DNA of 63,898 nucleotides, filler included, from Licmophora abbreviata (Eukaryota), in the NCBI GenBank assembly GCA_900291995.1. It is 18 parts of 18 records of this genome, joined end to end, with 100 filler letters (N's around TTAATTAATTAA, not from the genome) between each part and the next. Parts side by side here need not be neighbours in the genome. Positions count along the whole stretch, not along the records: positions 45,518 to 51,561 come from OLMU01003899.1; positions 51,662 to 56,313 come from OLMU01003900.1; positions 56,414 to 60,823 come from OLMU01003901.1; 15 more parts are not named here. One strand, 5' to 3'. Below, one piece after another: positions 46,001 through 57,113 of the stretch. The position numbers and the translations under genes were made by a program. The notes below the pieces were generated by a model that saw nothing but the letters and a program-made list of their open reading frames with translations, was not told where the DNA came from and did not search any database. Every line of letters begins with the position of its first letter. Position 1 is the first letter of the stretch.

Positions 46001-48712
46001 ATGCTTTGAATGTCTTGTTTTCAAGGTTCTTCAACATCGTGTGGGCCTCATCCAATACCACAACGTCACATAGTTCCTCTACTTTCTTTACGACGGAGAG
46101 GGCTGGGCTCCCAGGAGGAGTAACATTGATCAGAAGGGAGTGAATTTTGACGTAAACCCGATCGCTGCAAAGCAGAACCCCGCCTTTTCGGGCCCATCTA
46201 CGAACAGTACCTTCCCGCTGAGCCTTGTCGCCATTATTGAGATTAAGCACGACTGTAGGCGGATACAGACCGTCTAGCCACTTGTCAAACTCATTCTCCC
46301 AGTTTGCCAGAGTGTTCACAGGAACAATCAACAGAGCCCTGTGAACGAGGCGTATCGGCAGACCAGATTCGACCTCAACCTGCAAAGCCGGGTGGTTGAG
46401 CAATGTATGAAGAAAAGCAATGACTTGCAGACTCTTTCCAAGACCTGAGTGGGAGCGACAAGAATATTTTGTGTTGGAAAGAGCAAGTCAACAGCAGCAA
46501 AGACACACCATGACAGAAAACGCCTCATCGACTCGACTCACCCATATTGTGCGCCAGAATACAGCCACCGATTCCCCCAGCCTCGCCATCGTTCTCTGCC
46601 TGCAAATAGCCCTTCCTATCGACATACCCAAGCTCAGGACAAACGTTTCGCCAAATAAATTTGATGCCCTCCACCTGATGCTCTTTCAAGACGCGCGCCA
46701 AAGGTTCAGCAACAGAGATCGTTCGCCGACCATCACCGCCTTTGGAAAGAATCAGAGGGGAGGCCTCAAAGATCCCCTTCCGACCGGGTTCGATTGCGAA
46801 AGCGGAAGCTGATTCCGATCGTTCCTCCAATGACAAAGAAGCGGAGTCATCCGCCGTCGAGGACACGCACTTGCGCGACGAATTCCAATCCTGACGAGAA
46901 TCTCCCGGCGGCTCGACCGCTGCACGTTCCTTCGGCATCGGAGCAGCCAGACGAGACCCTCTGTCGGGCCCTTGCTTGCGTCGGTCCTGCTTCTTCTTTC
47001 TGTGAAGCGCAATCTGATAGGCATCCTGTCGGATGACCACCGTTCCAGTACGACGCGTATTACGCTTTCTCTCATTTACGAACTCCCTTTCATCGGCAGC
47101 ATTGTTGATCTGTTTGACTGCCGTTCCACTATTCTTCAGGATTTCGTCCTCTCGTTGGCGGTATCGCTCCACTTTCTCAACATCGATCTCATCCACCTTT
47201 GTCATGGAATGGCGCCACTGGCCTCGTTCCTTTGAATCTGGTAAGATCTGGTCTTTCGTAGTCTGTAAATCTTCAATTTCCAAGTCATAGTCCCCTTCCT
47301 CAAGATCTTGGTCATAGACACTAGGATCAGGTGCGCTGTATGCTGTTGTGGGAAGCACGCCAAAGAATTAAAAACGGCATGAGTCCAGTCCCAGTACTGC
47401 TGCAAATGAAAAACCTGAAAATTCACTTACGCAGCGGCGCTTCCATCTGATCCAATGCCCGATCTGCCTCTGCCTTCCATGGGGGCGGTGTCGCTTCAGC
47501 ATTCGGTCGTCTCCCAGATAATTTTGACTCTCGATACTTGTAAAAAGCCGACAAGGAAATGCTCCGATTCTCAAGCTCCTCTTGTACAAAGACGACACGA
47601 TCCCGAATCCTGTACTGATGATCCGTCCACATGGCAATCCAGTCGTCCAATTCTCTCTCTACAAGTTCATGTACGTCCGACGGTGGTGGCGATGACAAGG
47701 CATCGTATTCGGCTTGAATAAGCTCCCGCTGCCTCTCTTCTTGCTCCTCGCTCCGTTCACACTCTTCCAATTCATCCTCCAATACCTCGAGCTCTCCCAA
47801 CAGCTCCTCCACCGACACCATCACTTGGTCCTTAGTAGTATCCGACTCTAAAGTAGTAGTGGTAGTATTCAGTTGCATGCTCTGCAGTTCCCTTGGAGGT
47901 TTACAAACAAGGCACGACCACGCTTCTGTTTCATCACCCAAGAGCCGTAGCGTTTCATCCCTGTCACCACCACCATGTGCCTGGGAGACACAGTTCGTAC
48001 AAAAGGCACGCGGACAAGAGTCACATAGTACCAAGAGTGTACTATTGTCACTATGGACACACCCTGAACAAATTTCGTCGTCTTCTTCTTCATCATGTTG
48101 TTGTTGTTGTTGTTGCAAGACACGATCGGCACAGACGCAACAGACAGGTACCTTCAAGAGCGGGTGAGTGTGAAGAGCGTACAGACACTTGTCTCCACGA
48201 ACTTGGACCTCACAGACCCAACAATACAACGAAGAAGAAGAAGAAGAAGAAGAGGAGGATGAGTCAGTGGCTGCTGCTGCCGGTCCCAAGATTCGATCCT
48301 GCGTACTGCTACTAGTAGACTTCTCGCCGTCGTCCGCTGTTGCTCGCAAGAGAGTGTCTTGATAGGCTTGCTCTCTGGCAATCACCGCCGCATCGTTCCG
48401 AGCACCACTACTGGTAGTAGTAGTAGTAGTAGTAGTAGTAGAGGGCTGTTCTTGTACTTGCAGAGGAGTGTCTTTTGCCTTTTTCTTGTGCACTTGTTCG
48501 GGTGACGTTGGTAGTAAGTGCAAGGATGCTCGTTTCTTTGTTCGAAGAGTCTGCATAGCAGGCAATGACTCTACAGCGACTGTCGTCAAAGGATTTTTCG
48601 AAACAGCAGGACGGACAAGGGAGGCTTCCGTGTCGTCGTCTTCCTCATCGCTACTGCTACTCAGCTCTTCAATACACAGTCGATGTCGCACAGCACTGCC
48701 CTGACTGGACAT
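43057..48712 (-). CDS. ATRX: ATRX-like SNF2 chromatin remodeler (ADD/PHD + SNF2 ATPase + CW zinc finger), multi-exon
   Basis: ADD motifs HPLLKVPVCCVC and LVLCDSCPRAFCTNC...WSCLVC. Helicase motifs LKEHQVEGI.FIW, GCILAHNMG, LDEAH, ALSGTPLQN, YLRIDG, LISIKAGSLGINL, RCYRYGQTKPV. Then WVQCDICEKWR..P...LPDLWSC. Confidence 0.88.
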
Positions 48713-49043
48713 ATTGATGGAATACTCGTATGATAGTGTAATGATATCGTACATGTCCAGGAACGACCAGACGACACCGTGCTGTTGTGTTTCTCACTCC
48801 CGCGCTCCTTTTTGGGTGTCTTTGGAACGAACGACTGCGTAGAAGTTGTACTGAGTTCTACTTATGATACTTATGACTGAGCGCGTTCATCGTGACTCGA
48901 CTCGACTCACTCTCGGGCGTCCATCCCACGAGCACATTCAACATGGAACGTGGCCAAGAGAGACCAGAACGTTTTTTTTCTACAGTGACTGCAGTCTACA
49001 CACTCCTCCTTCACTAAAACTCAACTCATTGACTAAACACTCT

Positions 49044-50106
49044 TCAGTTGACTCTCTTCTTGATTGCCGCAATCGCCTTTCCCGGATTCAAGTGTTTCGG
49101 ACACACCTTGGTACAGTTCATAATGGTATGACACCGGTACAGCTTGAAGGCATCGTCCAGATCCGCCAATCTCTTTTCCGTCATCCCATCTCGACTATCC
49201 TCAATCCACCGATAGGCCTGCATCAAGACCGCCGGTCCCAAGTACTTTTCCGCATTCCACCAATAACTCGGACACGCCGTCGAACAACACGCACACAAGA
49301 TACACTCGTACATGCCATCCAACTTGGCACGGTCCTGCCGCGTCTGCAAGAATTCCGCCTGTCCCTCTTTCTTGGGCGACGCAGGCTGCAACCACGGTTC
49401 AATGCTGCGGTACTGTTCGTAAAAGTTGGACATGTCCGGGACGAGGTCCTTGATGACGTACATGTGCGGGAGGGGATAAATCTTGGTGGCAGCTGCAGTG
49501 GCAGCATCAATGTAGGCCAAACAGGCCAAGGTGTTTTGCCCATTGATGTTCATGGCACACGAACCGCAAATGCCCTCGCGGCAGGAACGACGAAAGGTAA
49601 GCGTCGGGTCTTGCTCTTCCTTGATCTTAATCAAGGCATCCAGGACCATGGGACCGCAGTTGTTCAAATCGACCGGGTACGTGGACTGCACACACACACA
49701 CATAAGTAGTAGAAGTATCAGTAGAAGAAGGTGAGTACAACAAGTGCGCAGTACAGAGTGTAGTGGAAGATAGACTGCCAAAAGAGACACACAGACGTAC
49801 GAGATAGGGCTTTTGGTTCTGTTCGGGATCCCAACGATAAATCTTAAAGTACTTGATGTTTTCCTGTGGTTTGGGAGGCGCTGTCTTGAGAGAGGCATCT
49901 GTCGTCGCTGCAAAGGAACGAACCAGAGTGGACTGGACGGACAGGTTCTGTTGCTGCTGCCGATGTAGTGCAGGACAGGAGAGAAAGAGTGGTAAGACAC
50001 GCGCATATCTTGGGGAAATCAATCCATCGAATCTGGACAGTCGCTTCGATTTCTTTTTTAAAAATCAACATACCTTTCCAATGGCACGTCGAAAAGACGA
50101 GAGCAT
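49044..50106 (-). CDS. SDH2: Mitochondrial succinate dehydrogenase iron-sulfur subunit, 2 introns
   Basis: [11 protein letters not shown] presequence, [51 protein letters not shown]. Introns about 49948-50073 and 49686-49800. Confidence 0.97.
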
Positions 50107-50566
50107 GGTGTGACTATGTTTTATTCACCAAGGCAAGGCAAGGCAAGGGGCAAGGCAAGGCAATGGAACGCAACGGAACGACGCGACGAAGAAGAATGCC
50201 ACACTCGACACCTTGTTCGCGTTGCGCCATCTGTCCGCGGTGGATGCTGTGTTTCTTTCTGTGTGTGACTGATGAGTCAGTCGTGAGACATTCCGCATTC
50301 CGTGTTCGGCATCACCGAACTACCTTGAAATGTCTTTCGTTCGAAACACCATGCAAACCGGACTGAAACCATGGCATGATGGATGACCCACTCACAACAA
50401 ACACACCATAGCAGTAGACTGTATTCGCATTATATGACAGCTCGTATGCTCTGAACAGTCACACATAGACTGCTGAGTATCAAAGTAGAACACAGGGAAA
50501 TATCCACTTTTTTTTCTCTCTCTCTGGAATGAATTTGGAATGACTCTTGCAGTGTGAATAAGAAAC

Positions 50567-52399
50567 ATGTCCTTTCGCACTCGATCCAGCGGAACTCCCA
50601 ATACCTTTGCCTATTTGAGTGGATTCGCACTTTGTTTGGCCTTGTCTGGTTTGATTGGTAACTTGATTCATTTGCAAACGCTCATGACAACAACAGCAAC
50701 AACAACAACAACAACACAAGACGATGCACGACTTTGGATGCCAACGACGAGTATTACTAGTAATAGTGATTGGGAGACACGATATTCGAGGATGAACTCA
50801 CGGAAAATGACATCACTCGAGGAGGAATCTGTACTATCAAAACCTACTAGGGACGAGTCCTCGGAAGAAGAAGTCCTTCGGACTGTTTTGAGAAGAGCAG
50901 TGGAAAGTTTGGAAGTCTGTCGAGAGATGAGTCATGTTGACGGTGGCAGATTGGAAGCTGCTACTGCATCCGGAACGGCAATGTCATCCTATCGACCACG
51001 ACTCTCACCCTTTGGGTGGATCAATGAACTTACCAATCATCTGTCGTCGCTGCCACCGACCACAACAGATTCCTACCACAAGAAACAAGCAACAGCATGT
51101 CGACTTGCACCAACAACGTCTTGTTCTTCGTCGCAAATGACCATGCTGGTCGTTGCTAGTCCTCTTACCGTCGACGGTACTCACTCCTGGCGTACCCTCT
51201 TTCTCAACCTCCTCCATTGGCTCACGGATGATGACTCGACCATCTCTGAAATCCACGTTTTACTTCTATTGGAGAATGCAAATAGCACTACTGTGACGGA
51301 CACTGAGAAGAAACATGCAAACACGACGGGACTCTTGCTGCAATCACTCCAGTCCGACACAAAGTACGGACATCGACTGCTCTCCTGGCATCGCGATGGC
51401 ACACACAAGGTCACGCTAGTATTTCCTCAGAACAATGAGAAGGAGGAGGATAGCAGCTTGTGGGAACGAGTGGCACAGTGGAGCGACACGGTGAAAATTG
51501 CAAGCGACGCAGTCTTGCTTGTCAATGGCAGTGTGCCGTATGAGGGTAATTCAGAAGGACTNNNNNNNNNNNNNNNNNNNNNNNNNNNNNNNNNNNNNNN
51601 NNNNNTTAATTAATTAANNNNNNNNNNNNNNNNNNNNNNNNNNNNNNNNNNNNNNNNNNNNCTCCAGGTGGGGTTGGAATTATGGAAGCGACATTCATCG
51701 ACTCTGGTGGCGAGTCATGTGTGGCATGTACACGGCGGTGTCCAACAGGAGACGACAAACAACAATCGTTCTTCTACTTCCTTTCGAAGCGTCTGCCAAG
51801 GCGATAGGCTGTCATTGGGGGATTCGGTCAACGCTACCACTACTAGTACGCTCCCGGACTGGTCCGGTTTGTTGGTACATCGTTCCTACTTGTCGTTGTG
51901 CTGGTTGCACCATCCCGTGACCAAGTCTCTTCGTTTGTATCATTGGCCATCTGAGGAGTCATCATCTCTTCTTGCGATGGTACTATGGTTATTGCAGCTC
52001 TCGACAACGACAGCAACGTCCGATCCTCTCTTGTACCCATCCAAAGTATTGCGCAACGGCATGGGGGTGGTAATGAAGACAAGCGGGCGCTTGAAATCAG
52101 GTACTCTCGCTGCGAACACATCGGACATCCGTAGGAGTCGTACGATGGTGGAAAATGTACCGGACAAGCCACCGCACGTGAGACGAAACGGTGGAAATCA
52201 ACGACGACTGCAACACGTGGAGCACACCGGCTCATTGAATGACTTGGTTCTGTCTGATCTTGCGGGCTACTTTGGTAGTGTACCATCCAGAGTGATCGAC
52301 TGGTGTCTCGAGGAGGGCGCAGATCAGTTCTTGGGGAGCGACGAGCCATCGTGTGAAATACCGTGGATGCAACACCCCATGGACAACAGCATATGTTGA
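50567..52399 (+). CDS. Type II membrane protein, distantly glycosyltransferase family 64-like; spans spacer 51562-51661
   Basis: N-terminal TM and Thr/Ser stem, then SDAVLLV...LELWKRH..LV.....H...LVHRSYL, reminiscent of GT64/EXTL2. No clear DxD motif. Confidence 0.35.
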
Positions 52400-52600
52400 T
52401 ACCTGCCTGGTGCCCCTTGGTGTCACTATGGCCGCCTCTCCATTGTAGCAACCTGGTTGGAAGTAAAGGGTCTTACCGGCAGTTGAAAAAGGAGCAGCAG
52501 ATATTATTCATTTGTTTATCAAAAATACTACTTGCATCACACGAAGGCATATTGTAGTCTACTAGTAGAGCCCTCCGGATGGTGCGCGCCACCCAAGAAT

Positions 52601-53617
52601 TTAAAATTTGACATCACGCATGATGCTGACATTGGCGCCATTGATATTCATGCCATCGATGGGCATGTTTACATTTGCCCTCCAGTCAGCATCCTTCCAT
52701 TCCACGTTGACGTTGTCGTTGGGCGTGAGCCTGGTCGTGAGCCGGTTGTCATCTCCAAGACGACGCTCCCATTCTATTGACACATCGCCTAGATTCGTAA
52801 TGGTAGGGGCAATGCGATTGTCTTTATCAATCTGCTGCGAGAAGGTGACCTCCTGGGCATCCGGAGAAGCCGTTAGCTTGACGTTGGTTTTGTTGTTGCT
52901 GTAGCTAATAACGAGGTCGCTGGAGTCGTCCTCGAGGTTGAAGCGGGGAGTGACGGTGATGTGGGCACCATCCTGGTCGAAACCCTTGGTAGCTTCCAGG
53001 CGCTGAAGGTTAAAGATCTCCTCTCCAGCATTGGCAATGACGCGAAAGGCTAGGTCATGCTCTTCGTTGGAAGTATCAAGCGTGAGGTCGGCTGACTTGA
53101 GGTTCTGTGCGTCCATCTCTGCACGGACAACACAGCCCCATCCGGAGACGTCCGTGCGAGCGGTGCCCCAGAATTTGCGAGGGAGAGAGGCGAGGTCGGA
53201 GGTGGGACGGAGGTTTGCGACTATGCCGTAGTCAAGGTCGAGGTCACCGGACTGGGCGCTGCTGGACCAGCTGACTGTGGGGTCCAGCGCGTCGATTCCA
53301 TTGAACCTTCCATCGCGAACTTGAATCTGTAAATGAAGGAGCAAAGAGGCAAGTCACTTATTGAGTCTGGAGGTAAGCTTGAAGAAAAAAAACAGGTAGT
53401 ATAATGCCAGAACGGCATTCAATGGTTTCCGTGATGAGACCCCTTCAAGTATCATTTCGATCCAAACTCGAGACGTCTCCTCCTCTGGAGAGAGCGAGCT
53501 CGCAATGGACACTCATAGCACAAAACGATCCACTTTAAAACTTACAGAGAACTGTGGCTTATTGGCAGCGGCACAGCCAACGCTAATGACGAGCAGAGCG
53601 GCACTGGATACCTTCAT
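52601..53617 (-). CDS. Signal-peptide-bearing beta-strand-rich protein, paralog A (putative beta-barrel), 1 intron
   Basis: MKVSSAALLVISVGCAAANKPQFS | IQVRDG..., intron 53327-53545. Alternating polar/non-polar strands; ends VSIMRDVKF. Confidence 0.75.
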
Positions 53618-53946
53618 GGTGGATGGAAATGAAATGGATCCATCAAGGCGTGTCGTCGTGTCGTCTCATCTTTTGTAGGGCGCGCGCGGCGATGACAACA
53701 TGCAAGCTTGCTGGGCCTTTTTCTGCTTTATGATTGGGATTATCATGTGTGAATAGTAGCAATGATATCAATGACGTACTTTGGACACGCCGGGCGACGG
53801 ACAGAAAAGATATTTTGTTTGATGAGACCCGCGATGGTACCGGCACCGTGGCACTTCATCAGCACGCAAATCTCCAAGAGATAGGCGTCTTGACAATCGT
53901 GCTCTTTCTTGAGACTAGCCTGCTTACTATGAGAGACCGGTCAAGT

Positions 53947-55038
53947 ATGAAATTCCGGAGCCTTCTTTCGTTTTGCCTCTTCATAGAGGTCTTCTCCGGA
54001 GGCGCAAACCAAGCCCCTCAGTTTTCCGTACGTTGTCGACGTGGAATCCGCAAAAGGAGTTTTCCTCATGAAACACATCATGACTGCTTGGCGACTCAAA
54101 CTGCACGTTTCATTTCATTATTCCCATAGGTAGGAATTCATGGTGGACAGGGCGGGACAATTATGGGTCTCGAACCCGTTCTTCGATGGACCACGTCTGC
54201 CAAAGCAGGCGACTACGACTTGGATGTGAGTACGAGCACCGTGATGGCGCGCACGCAGGCACGGAGGTACCCAATATGTACCGACCTGTTCCTCTGATTC
54301 TCAAATCTGTATTTTTTGCAAACAGGGAGGACTCACTATACGGGTGAAGGATCTGGATGAGAAACCGACATACTCACTCTTTGGTCGAGCTCAGCGTACA
54401 ATAGAAGGATTTCGATTGTCGGCAAAGGCTGATCTAGCGGACGCTCAGATAGACAAGGTAGACGTAGATCTCCGTGCAGACGGACAAAAGAGCTCCATTC
54501 AAGTACTGGGAACTGCAGGTATGTAGGATGTGGTTTGGCGCCATGACGTGTCTTTTGGAAGGATGCAGCTCTCTGACTTGATCGCCCACTACCCGACATC
54601 AATTTCGCAGGCACCAAGTACTCGATAGGCAGGATCCAGGTCAATAGAGCGTTTGATCTCAAAGGAGGAACATTGAACGTGAACCCACGTCTTGATATTG
54701 AGACTGCAGAGGGCGACCTTACGGTTGGCTATTCGTTGAATGATGTGAATCTCGTCGTGGACGCTTCGCCCTCGCGGCAACGATTCTCTCTGTCTCGGTG
54801 GTTTGGAGACAAGACGCTCGTAACGCCCTCGGTTTCGCTGCAGGGAGACACATCGATTGCAGTCAAACAAATGTTGCATGAAACTGGTAGTATCACGGCA
54901 GTGTTGACACCGAAAGATTCAGTAAATGTCAAGTGGGAAGACGGACCATGGGTTGCAAACGTAAAGGCTCCCATGGAAGGGTATCTCTTTGAAGGAGGGG
55001 TCGATGTGAGCGTTAAACGAAGGGTCGACTTCCCTTAG
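53947..55038 (+). CDS. Signal-peptide-bearing beta-strand-rich protein, paralog B (putative beta-barrel), 3 introns
   Basis: MKFRSLLSFCLFIEVFSGGANQAPQFS | VGIHGG..., introns 54028-54129, 54226-54325 and 54519-54610. Aligns with paralog A (TPKDSVNVKWEDGPWVANV vs TPNDNVNVEWKDADWRANV). An alternative ATG lies at 53929. Confidence 0.75.
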
Positions 55039-55268
55039 GAAGAACGAGAATCATCGGGGGTTTTCTACAAAACTTGAGTGTGATGATGATTGCTGTGAAT
55101 GCGTACCTGTTCTGGTCTTGGTAGCTGTGTGTATGTGACCAAGTTCGATCGATCGGCGAGATTACCATAAAAGCTAGATGAATTCTGAAGTTTGCTGTTG
55201 CCGTGTCAGCACACGAAGCTTTGAGCAACGATCCCTCTCCCATTAGCTACTCTATCTACAAGGTATCA

Positions 55269-56629
55269 TCATGCATCTATGCGTACCTTTTTTCGATCGA
55301 TGGCCCGCTCCTTCATGGCTGTGGTCGACTCTCGAATGTCGTCACAAAACTTTTGCATGGGCAGTATGCTAAAGGGCTCTTCCAGCTGTACCGCCAACTC
55401 TTCAATACCAAACAAGAACAGACTAAGTATCGACGCTGCAGGAATCAATTCGATCCCTTGAAAATGTTGCCACCATGGTATGCTAGCAGCAGCGCTGGCG
55501 CTGCTGATTGGATCAAACGTTTCATAGAGTGCCAATGGTAATAGAAGCATGTACAGACTCAGAAACCGAGCCGAGTGACGACTGTACACAAGTGGTACCG
55601 GTGACGTGTAGATGCGGTCGCAGGTTGCCATGCAATCCCCGATCAGCACTAGGGATTTGTCAATTTCCACACGCCTCTTTTCATCAATCGGGATTCTGTC
55701 GAGCACCAAGGAAAGTTCCATCAGGGCGGCCGTGGCGTGATGGTCGACGAAACCAGTAGTAATGTACGACAAGAACCCATGTGGATCTTCGTCGGGCGGG
55801 AAGGCTGCATTCAGTTCCTCGGCGTACTGCTCGGAATCCTCAGGACCACTCAATTGATTCATCAGTGACCTCGACAGGGCCCAAGTCGCTCGTGTGAGCT
55901 CCTCCAGCATCACTCTTTTGGTACCATCTTCGGTACTACCATTTTCATCCGAGTTACAAAAGGTCGATGCCATTCGCACAATATTTCTGCTTTGCGACAC
56001 AATCCTGCCCCAAGTCACACGCGCTTCCAACCATCGTTGATAACTCGAATTGGTACGAAAGACCAACAGCAATCCAAGTGCCGGTGAGGAGACAGTAAAG
56101 GGCAACGTGGGGAGTGACAAGGGGGGGATGGGAAGGTGCATGACACCCACCAGACTGCTGTTCCAGAGAACGACGATGGCCGCAATGGCACTGACCACGA
56201 AAACTTGTGTTTGTAATTGCCGTACAATGCCAGAAAAGAATATCATACGCAAGTTTTCTGTAAATCGATCTTCAGATCGATGATGAACCCATCGTCGTGC
56301 CCCAAATACGGTTNNNNNNNNNNNNNNNNNNNNNNNNNNNNNNNNNNNNNNNNNNNNTTAATTAATTAANNNNNNNNNNNNNNNNNNNNNNNNNNNNNNN
56401 NNNNNNNNNNNNNGGCGGCCATCAAAGAACCTTCTCGGAACTTTTGTGTGGAATCATTGGTTGTGGTGGTGAATATCTCGTCCTCCTCAGTGGAAGTATG
56501 TTTGGCGTTCAGCGGTCCTGAAATTGACCGCCCAAAACTGTGATGGGTTGAACTGCAGAATGCGTCAGCAGCTCTTGTAGCGTACAGGAGAAGCCCTATC
56601 CGAAAGATATCATCTCTAGTAGTTCTCAT
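55269..56629 (-). CDS. Plastid-targeted bestrophin-like anion channel (VCCN/BST type); spans spacer 56314-56413
   Basis: Presequence ending ADA-FC (ASAF-like). LGLLLVFRTNSSYQRWLEAR, PVPLVYSRHSARFL, FGIEELAVQLEEPFSILP. Confidence 0.88.
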
Positions 56630-57113
56630 GGTGTCTCGGAGACGATCGAAAGGCGATTGAAGGCGCCAGGGTCAGTCACCTGAGAACACTTTCGGCAAAC
56701 ATCATCTCGACCACAGCATCGTGATGCCAAAGATTTCAAAGAAGAAGAAAATCGCGAAAAGATCGCGCGAGAACGTGCAATGGTTCTTTTCTCTTCTCAC
56801 TTTTGGGTTCCCATTTTGCATTCCTATTCCGAGCGAAATGCCTGATTCCTTTTTTGACTTCTCATTCGATGACATCATTCCACTTTATACGGTCCCTAGA
56901 ATGTTCATATTGACACGTGCAATCTGATTTTGGAATAAAAAGTCTTATCATTGTCGTTCCTCATACTAATAATCTCGCAGAGAATATATGTTGTCTGACG
57001 CCACCATGCGAACCCCAATGTGTCAACGACGCTCCCCATTTGAGAAGCGTCAATCGATCGACACATCAATCACAAACTCACCGAAAAGTACCACCATCAT
57101 CCGATCCTTGACC

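Noticed and set aside
48090..48440. (TTG)n, (GAA)n and (GTA)n tracts as special repeats
   Set aside because: They are coding microsatellites giving poly-Q, poly-S and poly-T in the disordered ATRX N-terminus.
48864..49709. 281-aa plus-strand ORF
   Set aside because: Antisense shadow of SDH2.
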